A stretch of 64,000 nt of DNA from Squalus acanthias (lineage: Eukaryota), in NCBI GenBank assembly GCA_030390025.1, contig CM059432.1:83020001-83084000 (forward strand), read 5' to 3'. The position numbers and the translations under genes were made by a program. Under the pieces are notes generated by a model that worked only from the letters and a program-made list of their open reading frames with translations, had not been told where the DNA came from and searched no databases. Positions 13,226-24,620 of this stretch are shown in pieces (within the stretch, counting starts at the first letter, position 1; the number at the start of each line of letters is the position of its first letter).

Positions 13226-14355
13226 ATCAGAATAGGAACAGGAGTAGGCCCTCGAGCCTGTTCCGCCATTCAATGAGATCATAGTTGATCTGTATCTTAA
13301 CTCCATCTACCCACCTTGGTTCCATATCCCTTAATATCCTACTTAACAAAAATCTATCAATCTCAGTTTTGACATTTTCAATTTGCTTAGTCGCAACAGC
13401 TTTTTTGGGGGGGGGGGGGGGGGGGGGGGGAAGAGAGAGAGTGTTTTCCAGATTTCCACTACCCTTTGTGTGAAGAAGTGCTTCCTGACATCACCCCTGA
13501 ACAATCCAGCTGTAATTTTAAGGTTATGCCCCTTTGTTCTAGATTCCCCCACCACTGAAAATAGTTTATTTTATCTACCCTATCAAATCCTTTAATCATC
13601 TTAAACATCTCAATTAGATCACCCCTTAATCTCCTATACTCTAGGGAATACAAGACTTGTCTATGCAACCTGTCCTCATAAGTTAACTCTTCTAGCCCCA
13701 GTATCATTCTAGTGAATCTGCGCTGCACCCTCTCCAAGGTCAATATCTCCTTCCCAAGGTGCGGTGCCCAGAACTGAACACAATACTCCAGATGGGGTCC
13801 AACCAAGACTCTACAACTGAAGCATAACTTCATTCCCTTTGTATTCCAGCCCCATTAAGACAAAGGCCAATATTCCATTAGCCTTTTTGATTACCTTTTA
13901 TACCTGTGCACCTGGACATCCAAATCCCTTTGCTCCTCCAGTTTCTAGTGTTTTGCCATTAAGAACATTTTCCAATTTGTCTTTCTGGGATCCAAAGTGG
14001 ATTACCTCACACTCCCCACACTGAACTTCAACTGCCACAGCTTTGCCCACTCACTTAATTGAGTACTCCAGAGGCGGTCTAACCAGAGCTTTATACAACT
14101 GTAGCATGACCGCCACCCCTTTGTATTCCAGCCCCCTTAAGATGAAGGCTAACATTGAATTAGTCTTTTTAATTATTTTTTGTACAAATTCACAATTTAT
14201 GTACATGGACCCCTAAATCTCTTGGATCTTCCACAGTTCCTAGGTTATCATTTAGAAAATACTCCGATCTATCTTTCTTGGGTCTAAAGTGGATGACTTT
14301 GCATTTCCCCATTGATCTCCATCTACCACAGTTAGGCCCACTCACTTAATCTATC

Positions 14356-15444
14356 TATCTTCTTTCATATGGTAGTAGCAAAGCAAATCAAGTCAGATAT
14401 CCAGGCCAAAGCTTCCGGTGTAACAGCGTGGATATCTTGTAGGCTGCCTGCGAATTTCCTCTGAGGGCCGTGCTCACTGATGTGCTCCGGGGTCTGATCA
14501 GGAGCTCACAGTCGCTTGATGGGGATGCTTTAATCTTCCATCTATGGAGAAGGTGGCAGCATCCACCATGACCAGTTCTGAGGCGGTTGTCCACTGTTTG
14601 CGAGGAAGATTTGATCCTTCAGGTTGTACTGTGGGGTCCTCTATAAGGAATCCATTCCGTACGTCACAGTTCTTCCAAGCATTTCGCAATCGGTCACCAA
14701 GGCTAACCATCCCAAATATGGCCTGGTGTGCTATGTCAAACAAGGCCTCGAAGGCTGCACCGAACTCGAACATACCAGTACTGCTGGAGTTTTCACTACA
14801 GCAATACACGTAGGAGAGCTAACAATCTCCAATGTCTACAAACCACCACTCGTACAGTGGCCAGACACCGCTCCCTCCTACTCAACATTCATCCATCCAT
14901 CTCGGAGACATTAATAGCCACCACACAATGTGGGGCTATGCAGACATCAACTATGATGGAGAAGCAATTGTACAGTGGGCTTCACTAGAGAATAAATTCC
15001 TCCTTTTTGACGCCAAAGATCGAGATACGTTTCATCCGTCAAGGTGGCAGAGAGAATATAACCCAGACCTATGTTTCCTCTCTAAAGACAGCAAAGGAAA
15101 CCCAATCAATCATCGCCTCCAGAACCGTTCTTGACAATTTCCCCAACAGTCAACCAAAGCCCTCAATCATCAACATTTGCATCGAAATTCCTGTCATTAC
15201 ATCAACACCGGAACCACGATGGAACTTCAAAAAAGCAGACTGGGAAACCTTCCAACGGTCAGCTGACACCAACATCAGGTGGATTCCACCAACCACCAAT
15301 GCCTTCAACAGATTTACAGCAATTATTAAAGCTGCCACAAAACGCAGTATACCGCGTGGATTTAGAAAGACATATTCCTTGTTGGATGGAAGAAAGCAAG
15401 GCTCTCTACCAGGAGTATTCGCTGAACAAGAACCCAACCACAGC
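14356..15444 (-). mobile_element. Vingi/Ingi-type non-LTR retrotransposon with an inverted 5' segment and no RT region
   Basis: Minus strand 14356-~14701 gives the C-terminus IEDPTVQPEGSNLPRKQWTT/NRLRTGHG/decayed CCHC (SDC-APDQTPEHISEHGP) and the tail ccatatgaaagaaga. Plus strand ~14702-15444 gives the APE domain HPKYG, NVYKPP, GDINSHHTMWGY, YNPDLCF, PRWNFKKADW, SIPRGFRK. TSD cacttaa(t/a)ctatc. Confidence 0.85.
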
Positions 15445-15636
15445 CACTTAAACTATCAATGTCCGTTTGCAAGTTTCTGCTCCCATCTTACTGTACCACC
15501 TAACTTAGCACCATCAGCAAACTTGGATTAAGGAATAGAGAGCCGTATATCCAAGTCATTTATACAGTAAAAAGCCGAGGCACCAGTACAGATCCATGGG
15601 GGACAATACTACTCACATCCTGCCAATTGGAGTACA

Positions 15637-16097
15637 GTGTCAGCTGTGGCTCAGTGGGTAGCACACTCGCCTCTGAGTCAGAAGGTTGTGGGTTCAAATC
15701 CCACTCCAGGGACCTTGAGCACATAAAGCTAGGCTGACACTCCAGTGCAGTGCTAAGGGAGTGCTGCACTGTCGGAGGTGCCGTCTTTCGGATGAGACGT
15801 TAAACCGAGGCCCCATCTGCGCTCTCAGGTGGATCCCATGGCACTATTTCGAAGAAGAGTAGGGGAGTTAGCCCCGGTGTCCTGGCCAATATTAATCCCT
15901 CAACCAACATAACAAAAACAGATTATCTGGTCATTATCACATTGCTGTTTGTGGGACCTTGTTGTGCGCAAATTGGCTGCCGCGTTTTCCCACATTACAA
16001 CAGTGACTACACTTCAAAAGTACTTCATTGACTGTAAAGCGCTTTGAGACGTCCGGTGGTCGTGAAAGGCACTATATAAATGGAAGTCTTTCTTTCT
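15637..16097 (+). mobile_element. DeuSINE (SacSINE1-like), full length and best preserved copy
   Basis: Pol III A box tggctcagtggg and B box ggttcaaatcc, Deu core, and tail gaaaggcactatataaatggaagtctttctttct. Flanked by taca/taca inside a CR1. Confidence 0.92.
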
Positions 16098-16310
16098 TAC
16101 ATACCCATTGTCCTTACTCTCCATCTACTACCCATGTCCAATACCGTGCACTTCCATGTTTCTCCAACAATCCCTTGTGTGGAACACTATCAAAAGCCTT
16201 CTGGAAGTCCATATAAATAACATCCATAGACACTCCCTTATCTACTAGGTTAGTTACCTCCTCAAAAAATTCAACTAGGCTAGTTAGACATGACTTTTAC
16301 TCTTTACAAA

Positions 16311-16632
16311 TTTGTCAGGGGGAGAACATGTCTAACCAATTTGATTGAATTTTGAGGGGGTGACTAGGTGTGTGGATGAGGGTAGTAGTGCAGTTGATGT
16401 AGTCTAAATGGACTTCAGTAAGGCTTTTGACAAAGTCCCGCATGGGAGACTGGTCAAGAAGGTAAGAGCCCATGGGATCCAGAGCAACTTGGCACATTGG
16501 ATCCAAAATTGGCTTAGTGGCAGGAGGCAGAGGGTGATGGTCGAAGGTTGTTTTTGTGACTGGAAGCCTGTGTCCAGTGGTGTACCGCAGGGATCGGTGC
16601 TGGGTCCTTTGCTGTTTGTAGTGTACATTAAT
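16311..16632 (+). mobile_element. CR1 RT internal fragment
   Basis: ORF 16408: MDFSKAFDKVPHGRLV...SGVPQGSVLGPLLFVVYIN. Confidence 0.92.
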
Positions 16633-18044
16633 AGAAGCATAGAAGATAGGAGCAGGAGTAGGCCATTTGCTCCGCCATTTAATGAGATCATGGCTGATCA
16701 TCCAAATTCAGTACCCTGTCTCTGCTTTCTCCCCATATCCCTTGATCCCTTTAGCCTTAAGAAATATATCTATCTCCTTCTTGAATATATTTAATGAATT
16801 GGCCTCAACTGCCTTCTGTGGTAGAGAATTCCACAGGTTCACCACTCTCTGGGTGAAGAAATTCCTCCTCATCTCAGTCCTAAATGGCTTACCCCTTATC
16901 CTTGGACTGTGACCTCTGGTTCTGGACTCCCCCGCCATCGGGAACATCCTTCCTGCATCTAGTCTGTCTAGTCCTGTTAGAATTTTATAAGTTTCAATGA
17001 TATCCCCGCTCATTCTTCAAAACTCTGGCGAATATAAGCCTAATCGACCCAATCTCTCTTCATACGCTGCACTCCCTCCATGGCAAGAACATCCTTCCTC
17101 ACATAAGGCGACCAAAACTGCACACAATACTCAAGGTGTGGTCTCACCAAGGCCTTGTACAACTGCAGCAAGACATCCTTGCTCCTGTACTTGAATCCTC
17201 TCGCTATGAAGGCCAACATACCATTTGCCTTCTTAACCGCCTGCTGTACCTGCATGCGTACCTTCAGCGACTGGTGCACAAGGACTCCCAGATCTCGTTG
17301 CACTTCCCCTTTTCCCAATCTATTGCTGTTCAGATAATAATCTGTCTTTCTGTTTTAGCCACCAAAGTGGATAACCTCGCATTTATCCATATTATACTGC
17401 ATCTGCCATGCATCTGCCCAATCACCCAACCTGTCCAAATCATACTGGAGTTTCTCGGCATCCTCCTCACAGCACACACGCCCACCCAGCTTTGTGTCGT
17501 CTGCAAACTTGGAGATATTACATCTAGTTCCCTCGTCTGGATCATTAATATATATTGTGAATAGCTGGGGTCCTAGGACCGATCCCTGCGGTACCCCACT
17601 AGTCACTGCCTGCCACTCGGAAAAAGACCCGTTTATTCCAACTCTTTGCTTCCTGTCTGCCAACCAGTTCTCTATCCAAGTCAGTACCTTACCCCCAATC
17701 CCATGTGCTTTAACTTTGCACGCCAATCTCTTATGCGGGACCTTATCGAAAGCCTTCTGAAAGTCCAAATACACCACATCCACTGGTTCTCCCTTATCTA
17801 TTCTACCAGTTACATCCTCAAAAAATTCCAGTAGATTAGTCAAGCATGATTTACCTTTTGTAAATCCATGTTGACTTTGTCCGATCCTGTCACTGTTTTC
17901 CAAGTGCTCTGCTATTACATCTTTTATAATGGACTCTAGCATTTTCCCCACTACCGATGTCAGGCTTACCGGTCTATAATTCCCCGTTTTCTTTCTCCCA
18001 CCTTTTTAAAATAGTGGGGTTACATTAGCTACCCTTCAATCCAT
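16633..18044 (-). mobile_element. CR1 LINE, 5'-truncated (RT to 3' end)
   Basis: ORFs 17355-17951, 17040-17318 and 16708-17013: QHGFTKGKSCLTNL, DFQKAFDKVPH, GVPQGSVLGP, KFADDTK, FFTQRVVNLWNSLP. Confidence 0.95.
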
Positions 18045-18920
18045 TAAATTGAGCAAAATTAATAAGGAAAAGGGGAGGAATTTCTACAGTGTGCCCAGAA
18101 CTGCTTTCTGGATTAATAGGTTTTTAAGTCCAATAAAGGAAAGAGATAGTGCTAGATCTAATTCTTGGAAAATAAGTGGGGCAAGTAGGTAATACAATGG
18201 GTAGGAGAACAGCTGGGAAACAGTGACCATAACATCATTAGTTTTGACATACAAACAGTACTTGACAAGGGTGAAAAAAACAATTTCAACGAGATATAAA
18301 GAGAACTAACCCAGATAAAACTGAAAGAACATTTGGCAGATAAGACAGTAAACTAACAATGGAGAACACTCAAGCAGATGTTTAGGGTACAAAATTTGCA
18401 CATCAAAAATAGGAATTATGGTTAACTAACAAGGATTGTAAGCAACTTCAGGAGAAATGTAAGGGGATACATTTTGGGAGGAGGAGAACATACACACTAA
18501 ACAATAAACAATAAAAAAATTTTTTAAAATAGCAGAAACCTGGGGTTCACATACACAAATTTTTTTTTATTTTTTTTTAAAAGAGAGAGGACCAGTTGAT
18601 GAAGCTTTTTTTTTAAAATATAAAAGCACGTGGAAAGCTAGTCTTCTGATGAACACAAAAATAGAAATATTGTTAAACCTAGCAAGGTTAGATTATTGCA
18701 TCCAGTTTTGAGCACTCTTAATTTAGGAAGAATGTCAAGGCCATGGAGATTTACTAAGATGGTACCAGGGACGAGGAGATTTAGTTATGAGAGACTAGAG
18801 AAACTGGGGTTCTTTCCATTAGTGATGGTTAAAAGCAGATAGGTGTTCAATATTATACAGTAAATAGAGGAAAATTATTTCCACTGGTCAGTGAGTTTGC
18901 AGCGAGAGGGCATAAATCAT
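18045..18920 (+). mobile_element. Very decayed CR1 ORF2 remnant
   Basis: Remnants of the endonuclease end (cagtgaccataacatcatt = SDHNII) and of the C-terminal region (ccagttttgagcac, ttatgagagactagagaaactgggg, agagggcataaat). Confidence 0.6.
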
Positions 18921-20427
18921 AATTTATTTGTGCTTAGTCTCCAAGTCCCCATATTTTTACTTATAAGTGCCACTTAGGCCCAGCTGTCAGATCAGACATT
19001 GAAACTAGCAATTGAAATAGCTCGGTGTTAAGTATAGGTAGCAGCTATGGTCACCTAATGTTAAGTGTTACCATTGGTTTTACCGGGCACCAATCTTCTC
19101 CGCCCCATTAATCCCCATAACATTCACACTTCCTACTTACTAAAAAGGGACTCCAAATTTCTGCAATGCCGTTTAATTAATAAACAGAATCAATGGGGTT
19201 ACATGATCCCCACACATTTAATGCCTATGTATTTCACACTTCGTGAAGTGTGCAAGATGTGAAACACAGAGGCATTAAAGACCTGCAATTGATAAAGTAG
19301 ACATTGGTTCCAAGAGAATTAGAATGGGTAAAGGCCGTGGGGGGAAAAGTGACGGGACGAAAAATTCCACAGTGAACGCCAAATTTTGCAGTGATTTTCA
19401 TGGCTGCAGAATCACAGAGTTTGAAGCGATATGTATGGAGGATGGGGGAGGAGGGAGGGAGAAAGACACATGGCAGATCCCCTCCCTATGGTCTGTTGTG
19501 CATGAAGATAATTTAGCAACAGATCCATAAAAGTGGATATTATGCCACATAACACTATTTCATGACAAGAAATTAGGGAGGGATAGGAGATACATGTGTC
19601 CATGCTCTCATGTACATCTGCATATTATATATACACACACACACTAAAAAATTTATGCACGGATTCACTTCCTGTCCCTCACACTGTCTGGGGTTGTCAA
19701 CTCTGGTTGGAGGCATTCCGGGGAGGTTTGATCACGTGACTATCTAGCCACATGGCAACTAATCACATGACAACCATGTAAAGGTTGGGTCCCCTGTAGT
19801 TGAGTATTCGGCTCGTGGTTTCGCGCCAGCAGCTGTTGTGTAAGAAGTTCTGAGAAACAGGAGGCCACCCACGAGCAGGCAAAACGAAACCAAAGGCAGG
19901 GAGGAGATTCACATCAGGGAAATCGGAGGTGGCAGGAACTTTGGTTTCAACAGTAACTCACTGAAATTCAACCGATAACCAATAGTAATACTGGTAACAC
20001 TCAGATTCCACTCATAACCAACAGTACTACAATAACTGACTGATATGTAACTAGTAGAAATAAGTTTAACAATCCAATATCCTACCTGTAACTCATAGCA
20101 ATCCTATAATCTGCTGATATTCACCCTGTAACTACAGCCAGAATCCTCCTGCACTGCACAAGGTGTGGTCTGAGTCCCCAGTCGTTGCCACTTAACAGGC
20201 CCCATCTCTCTCCCCATCTTCTTGGATTCTGGTTGCAACTCAGGTTCCATGTGAAGGTGGCCTCTGAACTGGGAGCCTCAGTCAGACCCAATCTGGACTT
20301 GGGCTTCACAAGTCAAAACCAACCAGCACAGACTGACCTGAACCAATATGAGATCTCGCACAACTGCGTCTTAAACTCAGCACCAACATTTATAAGCCAC
20401 TCACTAGGCTCTGATCAAAGAAGAGTT

Positions 20428-21275
20428 TTCATAGAATGATAAAAATTACAGCACAGGAGCAAACCATTCAGCCCCCAGGACCTATGCTGGTGCTCTCTCC
20501 TGTAACCACCCCCCCACCAGATCCCTGTATATTCCACTTTTTCAAATATTTCTCATTTTGTTTTAAATGATGTTCTAATCACTTCCTCAATAGCCACTTC
20601 TGGAGAAGCATCCCATGGTCTAATAGACCACAGTTCAAGATCGTTCCTTCTCTCCTTGGTTCTTCCATTGAGACACAAGAAGAGAAGAACTATGAGCAGG
20701 AGTAGACCATTCGCCCCTTCGAGCCTGCTCTGCCATTCAATAAGATCATGGCTGATCTTCTACCTCAACTCCACTTTCCTGCACTGTCCCCATATCCTTT
20801 GAATACCCTTAATATTCAAAAATCTATTGATCCCGGTCTTGAATATATTCAACAACTGAGTCTCCACAGCCCTCTGGGGTAGAGAATTCCAAAGATTCAC
20901 CACCTTCGGAGTGAAGAAATTTCTCCATCTCAGTCCTAAATGGCCAACCCCTTATTCTGAGACTGTGATCCTGGTTCTAGACTCCCCAGCCAGGGGAAAC
21001 ATCCTCCCTGCATCTACCCTGTCAGAATTTTGTATGTTTCAATCAGATCACCTCTCATTCTTCTAAACCCCAGAGAATATAGGCCTAGTCTACTCAATCT
21101 CTCCTCATAGGACAATCCCCCCATCCCAGGAACCAGTCTGGTGAACCTTCGTTGCACTCCCTCTACGGCAAGTATATCCTTCCTTAGGTAAGGAGACCAA
21201 AACGGTACACAATACTCCAGGTGTGGTCTCCAGGGCCCTGTATAATTGCAGCAAGACGTCTTTACTCTTATACAT
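20428..21275 (-). mobile_element. Two CR1 3' fragments (20428-20670 decayed; 20680-21275 younger)
   Basis: ORF 21014-21334 PHLEYCVPFWSPYLRKDI...RMRGDLIETYKIL; CR1 3' UTR motifs. Confidence 0.88.
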
Positions 21276-22959
21276 ACTGACATTCCCACCCAGCTTTGTA
21301 TCCACGCCTCGGTCTTTGTCTCCTTGTTCCCCATTCGCCCACCAGTGGAAACAATCTTTCACTGTATCCCCACAGTAAATCCGCAGGTTTCACTCACCCC
21401 TTTACTGGCTGCTCACACTAATGGCACCGCTCCCACTCACTACGCTGCTGCTGATCCTGGCTCTGCAGCTGCATCACCTCACTTGGCCCAACCCTGCCCT
21501 AAAGCCAGCTGTCAGGGCTATGCATGCTTTATAGTGTATTTGCTGACAGTCAGCCATCCCTATCCAGTGCTACGAAACCCTGTCTCCACTTCCCACTCAT
21601 GGTAACCAAGCCTCTAGGACATTCTCCTCTCCCAGTCTGTGCTGTTCAACCCTGCCCCCCCCAACTCCCAGTCATTGGTACCCAGACCAAGACCCTCTCG
21701 TCTCCCCGTCACAGTGCTGCCAAACACTATGATCCCCATTCCAGGTTCGTCAAAATTACTCCTTTTACAAAAATATGATTAAACCTATCGATAGAATAGC
21801 ATTTTCTAGGTTTAAATTGTCCATAAAATGTTTTCCATCAGCGGTCTTGGCTTATGTAAGAATCCGAAGGCTCGTGTTCCCAGACCCATCACCATTAACT
21901 AAACAGACCTACACAGGCAGACTACAGCTCTCAAAATGGACCTGTGTATACAACTTCTAGAAACCTATGATTGATGGCAAGACAGGGCCATCCAGTGTGT
22001 GTGCCAGGTCTTGCTTTTCTCAAGTGTGGGCCTCCAATGGAAAATTACAGAGAACAAAAACTCACACAGAAACCATTTTTGGGACAAGTGAAAGTGACAG
22101 TCTTTTGAAAGAAACATTAAAACCAAGGTTAAAGTATGAACTCAACTTCTGGAGATAAATCTTCCTGAAAAGTGTTATTTTATTCAAGGTGTTACTTACA
22201 GCATGTTACATATATGACAAATAAAACTTTAATGCCAAATTTCAAAGTGAAACCTTTATATTTTGTAATGCATTCTGAACAGTTGCAGCATCTGCCTTTT
22301 TTTTTTTAAAAAACTGGTTTAGAACTGATGGTTTATAAAAACAGGTAGCAACTTCAAAAAGAGCTGTCGCATTATTCAGTTTAGTGATGCTCTGAAAAAT
22401 AGTCTTCAGTTTAAAATGTTTGACAAAAAAAAATTCTGCTTAAATAAACCAAGTACTGTTGCAGGAATATTTGGTAAAGGAATAAAGAGTGCAGCAGACT
22501 AGATGACTAAACTATGGTTTTATTTATTTGTTGGCCTCCCCAAAACAGCCACGTTTTACTCCTGATGTGACATGCAAATTTATTTAATTATAATTATATA
22601 TAGCTATAGTACTTGTTTGTCTAACTAAAGTGGGTAAAGGAAAAACATGATTTCTTTCCAAGGACCAAAAAAATCCAATAACTGTTCCTGCAGAGATCTC
22701 ATGAATTTCTTTCTAAAGTCTCAGTGGAGCTCTGCATCTCACTCATTCCCACAATGCAGCATTCATATCTCCTTGTAACAGTACAATCTCTGCTGGTGTT
22801 AGATCAAGTGACAATACAACAGTATTTTTTTTTTTAATGTTGTGTGCAAAAAGTCACCATTTGAAAACTCTCCGAATAAGAGTTCTGATTACACAGAAGC
22901 TCAACACGAGAAAGCTATAGTTATTTTGAAAATGATTACAAAGTTCAACCTTTATTACA

Positions 22960-23690
22960 ATAGCAAAATACTGCGGATGCTGGAAATCTGAAATAACAGA
23001 AAATGCTGGAAACACTCAGCAGGTCAGGCAGCATCGAGGAGCGAGAAACAGAGTCAACGTTTCGAGTCGGGGACCCTTCGTCAGAACTGGAAAAGGTTAG
23101 GGAAGAGAGATTTTTAAGCAGGGGCAGGGAGGAGGGTAGGAAAGAACAAAGGGAAGGTCTGTGATAGGATGGAAGGCAGGAGAGATTGACTGACAAAAGG
23201 GATGATGGTGCAAGGCAAAAGGAGAGTTAATGGGACAAGTTAAGAAACAAAAAAATGACTCTAGATGAGGTGTGAATGATGATGGCAGCATAATTAACAG
23301 CTACCATGTGAGAAAACAAGAGAAAAAATATATAAAGAAATACAGGGGCCGAGGTTATAGTCTGAAATTGTTGAACTCGATGTTAAGTCCAGAAGGCTGT
23401 AAAGTGCCTAATGAGGTGCTGTTCCTCGAGCTTACGTTGAGCTTTGCTGGAACAGTGTAAGAGGCCGAGGACGGAGAGATCAGAGTGGGAGTGATGGGGA
23501 GAATTCAAGTGACAGGCGACTGGAAGCTCAGGGTTATGCTTGCGGACTGAACGGTGGAGTTCTGCAAAGTGGTCACTCAATCTGCGTTTGGTCTCCCCAA
23601 TGTAGAGGAGACCGCATCGTGAGCAGTGAATACAGTATACTAAATTGTAAGAAGTACAAGTAAATCGCTGTTTCACCTGGACGGAGTGAT
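22960..23690 (-). mobile_element. Penelope-like element, 3' part (GIY-YIG endonuclease plus 3'/pLTR region)
   Basis: ORF 23383-23706 FTCTSYNLVYCIHCSRCGLLYIGETKRRLSDHFAELH...VACHLN...EEQHLI is the PLE GIY-YIG/CCHH motif. Downstream is gatgctgcctgacctgctgag..tttccagca. Confidence 0.9.
23052..23088 (-). ncRNA. Minimal type I hammerhead ribozyme motif within the Penelope element
   Basis: Minus strand AGUU-CUGACGA-A-GGGUC-CCC-GACUC-GAAA-CGUU-GACU: both core boxes, 5-bp stem II, palindromic ACGU stem III and 4-bp stem I. Confidence 0.72.
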
Positions 23691-24059
23691 TATCTGGTTT
23701 ACGCACATTTTATTTACAGAATGTTCCATGTGTAAAATATGATTTAAACCACAAAATTAAAACTAAACAGAAGCAAAAATAAAGGGGAATGCCATCAGAA
23801 AGTTAAAAAGAAAAGATATTTTGGTTTACTGACCAGTGAAGGCGGAGATGAAGCTTTTTCTGATCATGCCAAAAAGCGGCTAACGAGCGAGCTGAAAATC
23901 CCAATTAACAAGGTTTTTTTTTATTTATATAAAGTGTAATTAACGGTGCTGTTGTATCAGACGGATGTTGTAATTGCCATGACTAGCCCCGGTAATTCAA
24001 ACAGTGATCCTAGTTGTACAACTTTAATCAGTGACTTAAGGATTAAGCCACTCACTACA

Positions 24060-24350
24060 GGGTCCCCCGATGGCACAGTGAGTTTATCCAGTGAATAGCT
24101 GAACCAAGCAGTCAAGGAAGGTGCTGATTAGTAGATTTTAGCCAGCATCCCTGGGTGAAAAGAAGAGTGCCCAGAATTCTCACCAATGATTGGTAATCAT
24201 GCAATCCTGCTGAACATCCGCACATGTTGATAGGATCAGGCTCCTGCAACCAAATAGCCTGCCAATGCCATCAGGGTTCACAAATGAATAATAGCCACTT
24301 GAGTGAGGTACTGCAAGATAACTGGGACCCATGTAACCAGACCCCCAACA
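24060..24350 (+). repeat. Old interspersed repeat (SINE-like), copy 1 of 3
   Basis: Shares ggatcagg...aaatagcctgcc...atgaataatagccactt..aggtactg with 54940-55310 and 62740-63040. Confidence 0.6.
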
Positions 24351-24364
24351 AAAATCAAGTCGAG

Positions 24365-24620
24365 GTCTAGGACTTGAGAATGTGATCTAGGCTGGCACTC
24401 CAGTGCAATACAGAAGGAGTGCTTCACTGTTGGAAGGTGCTTTCTTTCAAATGAGGCATTATACCAAGGCCTTGCAAACTGAGGACCAGTTTAGGTGGAC
24501 ATAAAAGTACCTCACAACACCATTTGAAGAGTAGGGAGTCCGACTGGTATCCTTGCTTACACTTTCCTTAAACACCACATTATTTTGGGGAAATATAATG
24601 AGGTGCTATATAAATTAAAT
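24365..24620 (+). mobile_element. DeuSINE, decayed internal/3' fragment
   Basis: atctaggctggcactccagtgcaatac..ggagtgcttcactg..ctttcaaatgagg..; tail aggtgctatataaat. Confidence 0.7.

Larger units (their letters stand above)
13229..16310 (-). mobile_element. CR1 LINE RT/3' region containing a diverged internal repeat, a Vingi insertion, a microinversion and a DeuSINE
   Basis: PHLEYCVQFWAP, RRLRGDLIEMFK, FFTQRVVEIW and WQDVSSIVPHGSVL on the minus strand. Segment ~13785-14059 is repeated, diverged, at ~14063-14350. Confidence 0.88.

Noticed and set aside
15645..15710. tRNA gene
   Set aside because: The A/B boxes belong to the tRNA-derived head of a DeuSINE and run directly into the SINE body.
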